64,000 bases of DNA from an uncultured Pseudomonadota bacterium (GCA_963749075.1 CAVVLJ010000017.1:192001-256000); one strand, 5' to 3'. Shown: positions 22,046 through 33,601, numbered from the stretch's first letter. Notes: generated from the letters alone by a model not told the origin. Numbers and translations: made by a program.

Positions 22046-23194
22046 ATGGCCAAGGGGCCTCTCAGCGGTTACCTCGTCGTCGATCTTTCGCGCATCCTCG
22101 CGGGGCCCTATTGCACGTTGCTCATGGCCGAGCTCGGGGCGCGCGTCATCAAGGTCGAGCCACCCGGGAAGGGCGACGACGCGCGCGAGTACGGCCCCTT
22201 TCTCGAAGGCCGCTCGGCCTATTTCATGTCGATCAACCGCGGCAAGCAGTCGATCGCCCTCGACCTCAAGGCGGCGGCCGACAAGCGCATCTTCGAGAAG
22301 CTGCTCGAGCGCGCCGACGTCCTCGTCGAGAACTTCCGCCCCGGCACCATGGAGAAGCTGGGCTACGGCTGGGCCACGCTGCACGAGCGCTATCCCCGCC
22401 TCATCTATGCCGCGGCCTCGGGCTTCGGCCACAGCGGACCCTACTCCCATTATCCCGCCTACGACATGGTGGTGCAGGGCCTGGGCGGCATCATGAGCAT
22501 CACCGGCCATCCGGGAGCGCCGCCCGTGCGCATCGGCATGTCGATCGGCGACATCGGCGCCGGGCTCTACGCGGCGGTCGCGGTCAATGCGGCGCTCGCG
22601 CACCGCGAGCGCACGGGCGAGGCGACCAAGGTCGACATCGCCATGTTTGACTGCCAGCTCGCCCTCCTCGAGAATGCCATCATGCGCTATACAACCTCGG
22701 GGCAGGTCCCGGGTCCGATGGGTGCCCGCCATCCCTCGATCACGCCCTTCGAGGCCTTCGCCACCGCGGACGGCTACATGATCATCGCCGCCGGCAACGA
22801 CGGGCTCTACCGCAAGCTCTGCGAGGCGCTCGGCCGACCGGAGCTCGCCACCGACGCGCGCTTCAAGAGCAACGAGCTGCGCACGCGGAACGGCCAAGCG
22901 CTGCGCGCGATCCTCGATCCCCTGCTGTGCTGCAAGCCGACCGCTGCCTGGACGGCCCTCCTCGAGGCCGCCGGCATCCCCTGCGGGCCGATCAACAACG
23001 TGGCTGAGGCCCTGGCGCACCCGCAGGTAGCTGCCCGCAACATGCTGGTCGAGCTCGAGGACCCCAAGGCAGGAACCGTGCGCCTCGCCGGCAATCCCAT
23101 GAAGCTGAGCGCCTTCGCCGATCCTAAGACGCGGGCGCCGGCACCCGATCTCGACGGCGACCGCGCCGCCATCCTGGGCGAGCTCGGCCTCTGA
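22046..23194 (+). CDS. Family III CoA-transferase (CaiB/BaiF)
   Basis: DLSRILAGP, LGARVIKVE, NRGKQSIALDLK, ADVLVENFRPG, AYDMVVQ. Confidence 0.92.
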   Translation: MAKGPLSGYLVVDLSRILAGPYCTLLMAELGARVIKVEPPGKGDDAREYGPFLEGRSAYFMSINRGKQSIALDLKAAADKRIFEKLLERADVLVENFRPGTMEKLGYGWATLHERYPRLIYAAASGFGHSGPYSHYPAYDMVVQGLGGIMSITGHPGAPPVRIGMSIGDIGAGLYAAVAVNAALAHRERTGEATKVDIAMFDCQLALLENAIMRYTTSGQVPGPMGARHPSITPFEAFATADGYMIIAAGNDGLYRKLCEALGRPELATDARFKSNELRTRNGQALRAILDPLLCCKPTAAWTALLEAAGIPCGPINNVAEALAHPQVAARNMLVELEDPKAGTVRLAGNPMKLSAFADPKTRAPAPDLDGDRAAILGELGL

Positions 23195-23211
23195 AACCTG
23201 AGGCATTGACC

Positions 23212-24711
23212 ATGAGCAGCAACCGACTGCAGCCCCTCCTCGAACCCCACACGCTCGCGCGCACGCTCTCCGACAAGATGCTGATCGGCGGCGCCATGAC
23301 GCCTGCCGTCTCGGGCAAGACCTTCCCGGTCGAGAACCCGGCGACCCGCGAGACGATCGCGGAAGCGGCCTACGGCGAGGCGGCGGACGTGGATGCCGCG
23401 GTTGCGGCCGCGCGCAAGGCGCAAGGGGCCTGGGCTCAGCGCCCGGCGCGCGAGCGCGGCAAGCTCATCGCCGAATGCGGGCGGCTCCTCAACGAGCACA
23501 CCGAGGAGCTCGGCCGCCTGGTGGCGCTCGAGACCGGCAAGGCGCTCAGGACCGAGAGCCGCGTCGAGGCCTCGGTGCTCGCCGACGTCTTCGTCTTCTA
23601 TGGCGGGCTCGGCTCCGAGCTCAAGGGCGAGACGGTGCCCTTCAACCCCAAGATGATCACCATGACCATGCGCCAGCCGCTCGGCGTGGTGGGCGCCATC
23701 ATCCCGTGGAACGTGCCGCTCCTCCTCATGGCGCTCAAGATCGCACCTGCCCTCGTGGCGGGGAACGCGGTGGTGGTGAAGAGCGCCGAGGAGGCGCCGC
23801 TCGCGGCACTGCGCACGGCGGAGATCATGAACCAGCTGCTGCCGGCGGGCGTCTTCAACATCCTCTCGGGCTACGGGCCCGAGTGCGGCGGCCCGCTCGC
23901 GGCACACCCCGACGTGCGCAAGGTGACCTTCACCGGCTCGGTCGAGACCGGCCGAATCGTCTACAAGACGGCGGCCGAGAAGCTCATCCCCGTCACCCTC
24001 GAGCTCGGCGGCAAGAGCCCGATGATCGTCATGGCGGACGCCGACATCGACAAGGCGGTGGCCGGTGCCGTCATCGGCATGCGCTTCACCCGCCAGGGCC
24101 AGAGCTGCACCGCGGCGAGCCGCATGTTCGTCCATGAGGACGTGCACGACGCCTTCGTCGAGAAGCTCAAGGCCAAGGTCGACGCCATGAAGATGGGCGA
24201 CCCGCTCGACGAGGCGAGCGACATCGGCTGCATCATCTCGCAGGCGCAGTACGAGCGCGTGACGGGCTACATCAAGCTCGGGCGCGAGACCCCGGGCGCC
24301 GTCGCGCACGCCTGCTCGGCCATGCCCGAGGAGAAGCGGCTCGCGAAGGGCCTCTTCGTGCAGCCCATCATCTTCACCGGCATCGACAACAGCCACCGCA
24401 TCGCGCGCGAGGAGATCTTCGGACCGGTGACCGCGGTCATCAAGTGGCGCGACTACGAGGAAGTCATCGCGGCTGCCAACGATTCGCCCTACGGCCTCGC
24501 CGCCACGGTGTGGACCAACGACCTGCGCAAGGCGCTCGACGCCACCCAGCGCCTCGAGGCCGGCTTCGTCCAGGTCAACCAGAACCTGGTGGTGCAGCCC
24601 GGCCTCTCCTACGGCGGCACCAAGCAGTCCGGCCTCGGCCGCGAGGCCTCCCTCGAGGCCATGCTCGACCACTTCACCGAGAAGAAGACGATCATCCTCA
24701 ATATGGCGTGA
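23212..24711 (+). CDS. Aldehyde dehydrogenase
   Basis: IIPWN.P, FTGS, LELGGKSP, GQSCTA, EEIFGPV. Confidence 0.94.
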   Translation: MSSNRLQPLLEPHTLARTLSDKMLIGGAMTPAVSGKTFPVENPATRETIAEAAYGEAADVDAAVAAARKAQGAWAQRPARERGKLIAECGRLLNEHTEELGRLVALETGKALRTESRVEASVLADVFVFYGGLGSELKGETVPFNPKMITMTMRQPLGVVGAIIPWNVPLLLMALKIAPALVAGNAVVVKSAEEAPLAALRTAEIMNQLLPAGVFNILSGYGPECGGPLAAHPDVRKVTFTGSVETGRIVYKTAAEKLIPVTLELGGKSPMIVMADADIDKAVAGAVIGMRFTRQGQSCTAASRMFVHEDVHDAFVEKLKAKVDAMKMGDPLDEASDIGCIISQAQYERVTGYIKLGRETPGAVAHACSAMPEEKRLAKGLFVQPIIFTGIDNSHRIAREEIFGPVTAVIKWRDYEEVIAAANDSPYGLAATVWTNDLRKALDATQRLEAGFVQVNQNLVVQPGLSYGGTKQSGLGREASLEAMLDHFTEKKTIILNMA

Positions 24712-24726
24712 GGCCCCTCGCCCCAT

Positions 24727-24780
24727 CCCCTCTCCCGTTTACGGGAGAGGGTGGTGAGCGTGAGCGAGCCGGGTGAGGGA
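24727..24780. repeat. REP-like extragenic palindrome
   Basis: CCCTCTCCCGTTTACGGGAGAGGG...GGGTGAGGG; same family as 2172 and 51306. Confidence 0.8.
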
Positions 24781-24810
24781 CAGCGGCGCTATTTCTGCTA
24801 ACCTCTCTCC

Positions 24811-27191
24811 ATGCGCCGCTTCCTCATCCGCCTGCTCCTCATCGTGGGCCTGCCGCTCGTCCTCATCCTCGCGGGCGGCGTCTATTGGCTCACCACCTCG
24901 CTCCCCGAGACCGCGGGGACGGTGACGCTGCAGGGCCTCAAGGCGCCGGTCGAGATCCTGCGCGACCGCGACGGCATTCCTCACATCTTCGCCGCGAACG
25001 ACGACGACGCCATGATGGCGCTCGGCTTCGTCCACGCCCAGGACCGCCTGTGGCAGATGGAGCAGACGCGCCGCTTCGCGAGCGGGCGGCTCTCGGAGTT
25101 CGCGGGCGAGGCGGCGCTGCCCCTCGACCGCTTTGCGCGCACGGTCGGCCTCCAGCACCTCGCGGAAACGGCGCTCGCCGGGCTCGACCCCACCTTGCGC
25201 GCCGGCCTCGAGGCCTATAGCGCCGGCGTCAATGCCTATCTCGCCCGGCACCGCGGCGCCTGGCCGCCCGAGTTCATACTGCTCGGCCTGACGCCCGAGC
25301 CGTGGCGGCCGGCGGACTCGCTGCTCTGGGGCGAGATCATGGCGATGCAGCTCTCGGGACATTGGGAGCGCACACTTCTGCGCGCCGAGCTCCTCGAGAG
25401 CCTGACGCCCGCGCAAGTCGACGAGCTCTGGCCGCCCTATCCCGATAGCGCCCCCTCCACGCTCGCCTCCGCTACGGAGCTCCTGCACGGACTGCCGCTC
25501 GACCGCCTGGCGTCGCTCGCCGAGGCCGTCTCGGGGCACGGCGCCTCCAATGCCTGGGTCGTCGACGGCGCCCATAGTGCGACCGGCAAGCCGCTCCTCG
25601 CCAACGATCCCCACCTCGGCTTCAGCCTGCCGATCCTCTGGTATCTCGCGCGCATCGACACGCCCAACCTGCATCTCGCCGGTGCCACCGTGCCCGGCGT
25701 GCCGCTCTTCATCCTCGGCCACAACGACCGCATCGCCTGGGGCCTGACCACGACGGGAGGCGACGTGGAGGACCTCTTCGTCGAGAAGCTGGAGCCCGGC
25801 GACCCCGGCCGCTATCTGGCACCCGGCGGCCCGCTTGCCTTCCGCACGCGGAGCGAGACCATCAAGGTGCGCGGCCATGCCGACGTGACGTTCACGGTGC
25901 GCGAGACGCGCCATGGGCCGGTCGTCTCGGACGCCGTCGAGGATGCGGGGAAGGCGGCCAAGCGCGGCACCGTGCTGGCGCTCGCCGCCACCTGGCTCGA
26001 CCCCGCCAACCGCATCGCCGAGGCCATCTACCGCATCGACAGGGCGCGCAACTGGGAGGATTTCACGGCGGCCCTCGCCGACTTCGACGCGCCGGAGCAG
26101 AACGTCACCTACGCCGACGCCGACGGCCACATCGGCTTCTACAGCGCGGGCAAGGTGCCGATCCGCAAGGCGGGCGACGGCCGCCTGCCGGTCGAGGGCT
26201 CTAGCGGCGATTACGATTGGCTCGGCATGATCCCCTTCGCCGAGCTGCCGCACGGGCTCGATCCGCCGTCCGGCCGCTTCGCCAACGCCAACAACAAGGT
26301 GGCGCCGGCGGGCTATCCCTACCTCATCACGCGCGACGGCTGGGAAGCCCCTTACCGCGCCGAGCGCCTGACGAGCCTGCTCGACGCCACGCCCAAGGCG
26401 ACGCTCGACGCCTTCGCCCATATGCAGGCCGACGCCGTGTCACTCGCCGCGCGGGAGCTCCTCCCCTTTCTCCTCGACACCGACGCGGCCGATGCCGACG
26501 CCAAGGCGGTGCTCGAGCGCATGCGGCACTGGGACGGCACCATGGCGCGCGGGCGCCTCGAGCCGCTCGTCTTCACGGCCTGGCTCGGCGAGCTCAACCG
26601 CGGCCTCTTCGCCGAGAAGTTGGGCGTCAACTTCCGAAAGTTCTTCGCCGAGCGGCCCGAGCTCATCGCCGCGGTCTTCACGGCGCACCAGGCCTGGTGC
26701 GCCAAGGACAGCGCCACGCCGGCGAGCGGCGACTGCCGCGCGCGAAGCGGCGAGGCGCTGGCGCAGGCGCTCGTCTGGCTCAAGGCGCACTACGGCAGCG
26801 ACTGGAGCCTGTGGCGCTGGGGCGACGCGCACCAGGCCCAATTCGTCAACCGCATCCTTGAGCGCATCCCCGTGATCAACCGCCTCGTCAATCTCCACTT
26901 GCCCGCCGACGGCGGCAACTTCACGCTCAACCGCGGCGGCTTCGACATCGCGCGCAAAGCGGCACCCTTTGCCGACATCCACGGCGCGGGGTTCCGCGCG
27001 CTCTACGACCTCTGGACGACCTCGAGCGCTCGCGCTTCATGATCGCGACCGGCCAGTCGGGCAATCCCTTCTCGCCGCATTTCTCCGATCTCGTCGAGCG
27101 CTGGCGCGACTTCGATTATCTGCGGCTCACCGGCACGCGCGACGGGCTCGTGGCGGCAGGTGCGAGCCTGCTGACCCTCTCGCCGCCGTGA
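24811..27191 (+). CDS. Penicillin acylase family Ntn-hydrolase (apparent frameshift near 27012)
   Basis: GIPHIFA, GFVHAQDRLWQM, catalytic GASNAW, LLANDPHL; conserved tail DLERSRFMIATGQSGNPFSPHF...SPP* continues in another frame to 27191. Confidence 0.88.
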
Positions 27192-27204
27192 GGCAAGCCT
27201 GGCC

Positions 27205-28434
27205 ATGAGCGTCACCATCGACGACGTCCGCAAGGCGGCGCGCGCGATCGCCGGAGCGGTGGTGGCGACGCCGACGCTGCCGGCGCGCCGGCTCGGCGAG
27301 ATCACCGGCGCCGAGGTCATGCTCAAGCTCGAGAACCGGCAATATACCGGCTCCTTCAAGGACCGCGGCGCCCTCAACAAGCTGCTCACGCTCGGCGCTG
27401 CTGAGCGCCGCGCCGGCGTCATCGCCGTCTCGGCCGGCAATCACGCGCAAGGTGTGGCACGCCACGCGGCACGCCTCGGCATCCACGCCACCATCGTCAT
27501 GCCCATGGCGACGCCCTTCACCAAGGCCGAGCAGACGCGCCGGCTCGGCGCCACGGTCGTCCTCCACGGCGCCGACCTGAGCGAGGCGGCCGCGCATGCG
27601 CGGGCGCTCATGGCGGCGCACGGCTATGCCTTCATCCATCCCTACGACGATCCCGCCATCATCGCGGGGCAAGGGACCGTGGCGCTCGAGATGCTGGCGG
27701 CGGCACCCGAGCTCGACTGCCTCGTCATCCCGATCGGCGGCGGCGGGCTCATCGCGGGCTCAGCCATCGCCGCCAAGGCGCTCAAGCCGGAGATCGAGAT
27801 TTACGGCGTCGAGGCCGCCCTCTACCCCTCGATGTACGAGGCCATCCGCGGGCTCCCGCCGACTGCGCACGGGCATTCGATCGCCGAGGGCATCGCCGTC
27901 AAGGAGCCCGGCACCCTCACCCGGCCGATCGTGGTGCAGCACGTGAAGGACATCCTCCTCGTCAAGGAAGCGGCCCTCGAGGAGGCGGTCGAGTGCATGG
28001 CGGAGGCCGAGAAGCTCGTGGCCGAGGGGGCCGGTGCCGCCGGTCTCGCGGCACTCCTCGCCCATCCCGAGCTCTTCCGCGGCCGCAAGGTCGGCCTCGT
28101 CGTCTCGGGCGGCAACATCGATGCGCGCGTGCTCGCCTCGATCCTCATGCGCGGGCTCGCGCGCGCCGGCAAGCTCGCGCGCTTCCGCATCGAGATCAGC
28201 GACGAGCCGGGCCTCCTCTCGCGCGTAACCGGCCTCATCGGCGGCTGCAACGGCAACATCATCGAGGTCACCCACCAGCGCCTCTATTACGACGTGCCGG
28301 TCACCATGGCCGAGCTCGACGTGGTGGTCGAGACGCGCAACCGCGGGCACGTCACCGAGATCCTGGCGGCACTCGCCCAAGCCGGCTACAAGGCGCGCCT
28401 CTTGAGCAGCACGGACACCTCGGGCGGGGAGTGA
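27205..28434 (+). CDS. ilvA: Threonine ammonia-lyase (short form, C-terminal ACT domain)
   Basis: KLENRQYTGSFKDRGA, SAGNHAQGVA, PIGGGGLI, EGAGA, SGGNID. Confidence 0.9.
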   Translation: MSVTIDDVRKAARAIAGAVVATPTLPARRLGEITGAEVMLKLENRQYTGSFKDRGALNKLLTLGAAERRAGVIAVSAGNHAQGVARHAARLGIHATIVMPMATPFTKAEQTRRLGATVVLHGADLSEAAAHARALMAAHGYAFIHPYDDPAIIAGQGTVALEMLAAAPELDCLVIPIGGGGLIAGSAIAAKALKPEIEIYGVEAALYPSMYEAIRGLPPTAHGHSIAEGIAVKEPGTLTRPIVVQHVKDILLVKEAALEEAVECMAEAEKLVAEGAGAAGLAALLAHPELFRGRKVGLVVSGGNIDARVLASILMRGLARAGKLARFRIEISDEPGLLSRVTGLIGGCNGNIIEVTHQRLYYDVPVTMAELDVVVETRNRGHVTEILAALAQAGYKARLLSSTDTSGGE

Positions 28435-28456
28435 GCGAGAAGATGGGCTCGGAGTC

Positions 28457-29356
28457 CTACGCCAGCGCCGCCCTCAGCCGCGGTGCCGCGAAATCGAGGA
28501 AGGCGCGCAGCTTCTGCGGCAAGAGCCGCTGGCCTGCGTAGACGAGGCTGACGGGGGACGGCTGGGGCTCGAACGCTTCGAGGGCGAGGACGAGCGTCCC
28601 GGCTTTGAGGGCCTGCGCCATCTGGTAGGAGAGCACGCGCGTGACGCCCGCTCCCGCGATCGCCGCGTCGATGGCCGCCTCGGCCGTGTTGACGGTGAGC
28701 CGCGAATGGATCGCGAAGGATTGAGCCGACTTGGCAATCGTGAAGCTCCAGGCGTCGGGAGACATCAGCCCCTCGAAGGTGATGCAGTCATGCGCGGCGA
28801 GCTCTCGCGGGTGCTTAGGGGAGCCGCGCGCGGCGAAATAGGCGGGACTGGCGCAGACCACGCGGCGGATGGCGCCCACCCGCGTCGCGACGAGGCTGCT
28901 GTCGGGCAGCTCGCCGATGCGGACGGCGAGATCGACGTGGTCGTCGAGGAGGTTGATCAGGCGGTTGGCCAGCACGATGCGGATGTCGATCTCGGGATAG
29001 GCCTTGAGGAACGCCGTCACGATGGGGAGGACGTGGAGGCGCCCGAAGACGATCGGCGCCGTGATGATCAGCTCGCCCCTCGGCGCGCTGTATTCGCCCG
29101 AGGCGGAGCGCTCGGCCTCCCCCACCTCCTCGAGGATGCGCCGGCAGGCCGCGACATAGGAGCGGCCCGCGTCGGTCAGCGTGAGCCGCCGGCTCGAGCG
29201 GTTGAGGAGCAGCACCTTGAGATGCGCCTCGAGGTCGGCGACCTTGCGGCTGACGGTCGCGAGCGGCGTGCCGAGCCGGCGCGACGCCGCCGAGAGACTG
29301 CCCGCTTCGACGGCCGCGACCAGGATCGACATCGCCTCGAGACGATCCATCGACAT
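28457..29356 (-). CDS. LysR family transcriptional regulator
   Basis: MDRLEAM, GSLSAASRRL, VSRKV..LE, LNRSSRRLTLTDAG; divergent from the FMN-binding gene. Confidence 0.93.
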   Translation of the reverse strand: MSMDRLEAMSILVAAVEAGSLSAASRRLGTPLATVSRKVADLEAHLKVLLLNRSSRRLTLTDAGRSYVAACRRILEEVGEAERSASGEYSAPRGELIITAPIVFGRLHVLPIVTAFLKAYPEIDIRIVLANRLINLLDDHVDLAVRIGELPDSSLVATRVGAIRRVVCASPAYFAARGSPKHPRELAAHDCITFEGLMSPDAWSFTIAKSAQSFAIHSRLTVNTAEAAIDAAIAGAGVTRVLSYQMAQALKAGTLVLALEAFEPQPSPVSLVYAGQRLLPQKLRAFLDFAAPRLRAALA

Positions 29357-29463
29357 TCCAATAAAATGGAAGGTGAACTCTCAATTATGCCGGCTTCCTC
29401 TCTTTTTTGGAAGGGGCTAAGATTTCGGGTCCTAGAGCGATCGGAGTGTCCGGGGAGCTGATC

Positions 29464-30096
29464 ATGGATGCCGCGCCAGGCTATTCGAGCGACGTTGCCT
29501 TCACGCCCGCCGTCAAGGCGGTGCAGACCCGCAAGGGCTCGCGCCATGCCTATGCGCGCATGGAGGAGCGCGGCTCCTTCGAGACGCGCATCACGCCCGA
29601 GCTCGCAGGCTTCATCGAGGCTCAGACCAGCGTCTTCCTCGGCACAGCGAGCCGGGAGGGCCAACCCTATATCCAGCACCGCGGCGGCCCGCCCGGCTTT
29701 CTCCGCGTGCTCGACGACAAGACCATCGGCTTTGCCGATTTCGCCGGCAACCGGCAATACATCACGCTCGGCAACCTCGCCGAGAATCCCAGGGCGCATC
29801 TCTTCCTCATCGACTATGCGCACCGCCGCCGGGTCAAGATCTGGGGCGAGGCACGCGTCGTCGAGGGCGATGCCGAGCTCATGGCAAAGCTGATGCCGGA
29901 AGGCTACAAGGCGCGGCCCGAGCAGGCGATCCTCTTCACCGTCTCCGCCTGGAACGCCAATTGCCCGCAGCATATCCCCCAACGCTTCGAGGCCGCCGAT
30001 GTGGCCGCCGCCCTCGCCGAGTGCCACAAGCGCATCGCGGCGCTGGAGGCCGAGGTACAGAGGCTGCGGCAGGCCGCAACCGCGCCGGAGCCATGA
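29464..30096 (+). CDS. Pyridoxamine 5'-phosphate oxidase-like FMN-binding protein
   Basis: AFTPAVKAVQ, PYIQHRGGPPGFL, FADFAGNRQYIT.GNL, NCPQHIP. Confidence 0.9.
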   Translation: MDAAPGYSSDVAFTPAVKAVQTRKGSRHAYARMEERGSFETRITPELAGFIEAQTSVFLGTASREGQPYIQHRGGPPGFLRVLDDKTIGFADFAGNRQYITLGNLAENPRAHLFLIDYAHRRRVKIWGEARVVEGDAELMAKLMPEGYKARPEQAILFTVSAWNANCPQHIPQRFEAADVAAALAECHKRIAALEAEVQRLRQAATAPEP

Positions 30097-30187
30097 TCGG
30101 CAGTACGGCCGGTTGAGAGGACCGCGGACAAGCAGGCTCTCGCGCTTAGGTATTGCGATCAGCAATGAGCTGGGCCCGCTTCGGCGC

Positions 30188-30385
30188 GGCGACGATGTCA
30201 TCGAGGTCCACTGCCACCACTTCTATCACCCTATTGCGATTTTCCGGCTACCATGGCCGAACTCGACGTGGTCGTCGAGACGCGCCGCCGCCGGCACGTC
30301 GCCGAGATCCTCGCAGCGCTCGCCGAGCGCCAGCTACAAGGCCCGCCTTTTGAACAGCACGGACACCTCAGACGGGGAGAGAGCG
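30188..30385 (+). pseudogene. Degenerate duplicate of ilvA 3' end
   Basis: ACCATGGCCGAACTCGACGTGGTCGTCGAGACGCGC...AGCACGGACACCTC matches 28303-28420 (MAELDVVVETR...SSTDTS), with indels. Confidence 0.85.
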
Positions 30386-30543
30386 CCATATTTGCAACGA
30401 AAACGCTAGCGTCCGTAGCGACAAGTCGAATGTTCGGCAGGCCTCTCCTGAGCCGGCCCGAGACCGGACGTGAGTGCCGGTACTGTTAGGCTACACTGTA
30501 GCCCCGGCTGGCTTCACGCGGTCGTGGCGAGGCAAACGCCGAT

Positions 30544-32233
30544 CTAGGCGGTAGCAAAAGCGTGATCCTGATTTTGGGTATCCGATGCAATCGACGGCAG
30601 CCTTAGGTTACCGCGGAGCTCTTCCAGAAATTCGTTTCCCACGCACGCAAGTGCGTCGGCGCGTTTACGGACCCAATCGGGGTACTGCTGGACCGTCGTC
30701 CCGGTAATATGCTGGGAAATAAACTGCTGCCGAAGTTTTTCGGCCGTGATATTGTACTTAGGTATATAGTCCATCGGGTTTTGTTTCGAGATACGAATAT
30801 TTATTGTCGGCCCGATGATAGAAATATTGGCTAAAGCATCAATCAAATCGGCAGCAACCTGACCTTCCAAAAACTTTTTTGGAAATACATGGTGAAACTG
30901 GGGTTGAAAGCCCGCGAGAATCTCAGCACCATCGAAGCCGATCAGAACACCCTGTTGATTCCAGTCGACGGCTTTATTGCGAAGTACCAACAGATACAGC
31001 AGGAGACGACCGAATCGGTTGTCACCATAGTCTCGCATAAAGTCCTCCGCCATTAATGGCGGTACGTACCTGATACGGGCAAGCAACCGCTCTAGCGCTT
31101 CGGTCAATGTTGCGGCCTCGGCAACCTCCTTCAAATCTTCCTCCATAGCGGACGTCGACGAACTTGAGTAACGGCTGAAGCGGGAAGCTTGAAGAAACCA
31201 AAACATGATTCGCGGAAAATCGTCGTCTGGGAACTTGTCGAGCAAAGCGATGAGCGGTACCAATGCGTTGTCAGCCGGGAGTAGCGCATTGCCGGATATG
31301 CCGTGATCCCTCAACTGCTTGATCGCTAGAACTCCACGCTCTCTTGGTCCGCTCCCAGGCCGGTTGGATCGAGATCGCATTCCAAAATGCCGGATCGATT
31401 GATCGATAGCGCACTGCCTTCTTCCCGACGCCAGTAAGCGTGCGGAACACAAGATTGGGTGACAGCTCGTAACCTAGTTCGGACACCTGCGAAACGAAGG
31501 GCAGGAAATTGTCTCGTACCCAGCCGGGTGTTCGAGCGGCGACGACACCCAAATAGATGTCCGCCTCCGTGACTCGGGTACCGCGACTGTTGAGGCGCGA
31601 AAATATCTCAACAACGTCTTCAAGGTCATTATCCACCGTGATTGTGACAACCTCTAAGTCTCTGATTTTCCTGACGCGATCTAGACGTGTGTAAACTTCC
31701 ATTGCGTCCATGCCGTTGCAAAGACCGTCGAGCTTGACCTGCTTTGCCATCTCCTGAAGCGTTTTCAGATCAGCTTCGCGACTCACATCAAGGATCAGGA
31801 GCCTATTGATCGGGATGTAGCGTGAACCTCTCACCCGTCGCGTCGCTGCGTTGGCTACGACAAAGAACGGGGCTTCCTTCGTGTGAACATCGAATCGAAT
31901 ATCGTACTTGCGCAGCGTCCATTCCCACTCGTCAACCCCGGACCACCAATAGGGCTTACGTCCGCTCAATATGCAGAGGGCTGTGGTGCGCTGTTGTCCA
32001 TCGACAACCCATAAATCGGGAGTTTGTGCATCTGACGCACTCCTCGTCTGCACGGGCCCCGAACTGTCCCACACGAGCAAGGTCCCCACGGGGTAATTGA
32101 GCCAGAGTGATTCGATTAGGTCACGCACTTGCGTAGCCTTCCAGACGAAGCCACGCTGGAATTCGGGAATGCTCCACTTGTGATTGACGGAGCGTTCAAC
32201 AATATCTTTGATTGTGACTGACGCGTACGCCAT
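30544..32233 (-). pseudogene. DUF262 (ParB-like DGQQR) plus HNH-like protein, GmrSD/SspE-type restriction nuclease, split by a 1-nt frameshift near 31331
   Basis: IPEFQRGFVW, VDGQQRTTAL, EIFSRLNSRG in 31271..32233; QFHHVFPK...LANISII..TIN in 30544..31452; visibly lower GC than flanks. Confidence 0.85.
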
Positions 32234-32459
32234 CGCAATTTTTCCACGGTAAGAGCGGTCAGGCTAAAGAAGATTGCGTGTAATGGTCATCGATAGTCAA
32301 TTGTTATCGGCGAGCGCCCTTCGGGTTGTGAGCGACCCTCGCCGTCAATTTCCGTGAGGCGAAGAAGCCTTTGGTCGCATGCCCGGCTCTGGCGATCCCC
32401 CTCACATCCTAAAAGCGCAGGCCCTCCACCTGCTGCCCGTCTTGGTCACGCGTCCGCCC

Positions 32460-33551
32460 CTAAATCCGGAAGTCCGTCAGCACCTCGGGCTTGAAGGCGA
32501 GGCCGTGGCCGGGGCGCTCGGGGGCGCTGATGAAGCCGCCCTCGACCGGCACGGGATCGACCCAGAGATCGTCGAGGAGGCCCATGTACTCGATCCAGAG
32601 GCCGTTGGGGATCGAGGCCAAGAGATGCACGTTGAGCTCGGGGAAGAGGTGCGGGGCGAGCGTCATCCCCCAGGTGTCGGCCAAGGCCGCGATCTTGCGC
32701 AGCTCCGTCAAGCCGCCGCGCATCGGATCGGGCTGGAGGATGGGGAGGCGCGGGTTCTCGAGGAAGGGGCGCAAGTCGAAGCGGGTGAAATGGGTCTCGC
32801 CGCCGACGATGCGCAAATCCAGCGCCTCGGCGATGCGCAGGTAGCCCGCGAAGTCGTCGGCGATCACCGGCTCCTCGAGCCAATAGACGTCGTAGGCCTC
32901 GAACTTGCGCCCCATCTGGATCGCCACGTCGGCGCTCCAGCCCATGTTCACGTCGATCATGATCTCGATGCCGGGCCCCAGCGCCTCGCGCATGCGGCGA
33001 ACGTTCGCGAGGTCGGTCGCGAGGTCGTGCACGTGGGCGACCTGCATCTTGATCGCCTTGAAGCCCGCGGCCACGTAGTGCTTGGCCTTCTCGATCATGC
33101 CGTCGCCGCCGCTGCCGCGCCAGCAGCCGCTGCCGTAGGCCGGGATGGTCGAGCGGAAGTGGCCCCAGAGGCGGTGGAGCGGGAGTGACGCGCGTTTGCC
33201 GAGCGCGTCCCAGAGTGCGATGTCGAGCGCCGAGATCGCCATCATGGCGATGCCGCCGCGGCCCGCCGTGTAGGTGGCGCGCCAGAGATCGCGCCAGATG
33301 GCCTCGATGGCCGTGGCGTCGCGGCCAAGCACGCGCGGCACGATGGCCTCCTCGAGGCACATGGCGATGGTGCGCAGCACGGGCGAGAGCGGGTTGAGAT
33401 AGCCCATGCCGACGATGCCGCCCTGGGTCTCCACCTCGAGCACCAGGAGATCGCGCGTCTTGCCGAGCGCATGGCCGCGCATCCACGGCGAGTCCGGCCA
33501 AGGCATGCGCAGGAGCGTCGTGCGCACGTCGCGGATCGTCATGTCGGTCAT
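32460..33551 (-). CDS. Mandelate racemase/muconate lactonizing enzyme family protein
   Basis: Start MTDMTIRDV; ISALDIALWD, FKAIKMQV, MIDVN, WLEEP, GGE, PERPGHG. Confidence 0.92.
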   Translation of the reverse strand: MTDMTIRDVRTTLLRMPWPDSPWMRGHALGKTRDLLVLEVETQGGIVGMGYLNPLSPVLRTIAMCLEEAIVPRVLGRDATAIEAIWRDLWRATYTAGRGGIAMMAISALDIALWDALGKRASLPLHRLWGHFRSTIPAYGSGCWRGSGGDGMIEKAKHYVAAGFKAIKMQVAHVHDLATDLANVRRMREALGPGIEIMIDVNMGWSADVAIQMGRKFEAYDVYWLEEPVIADDFAGYLRIAEALDLRIVGGETHFTRFDLRPFLENPRLPILQPDPMRGGLTELRKIAALADTWGMTLAPHLFPELNVHLLASIPNGLWIEYMGLLDDLWVDPVPVEGGFISAPERPGHGLAFKPEVLTDFRI

Positions 33552-33601
33552 GGCGGCGGTCTCCCAGCGCTTGTGTGGGGCTGCCGAGGGTGGGCGGGCC
33601 C

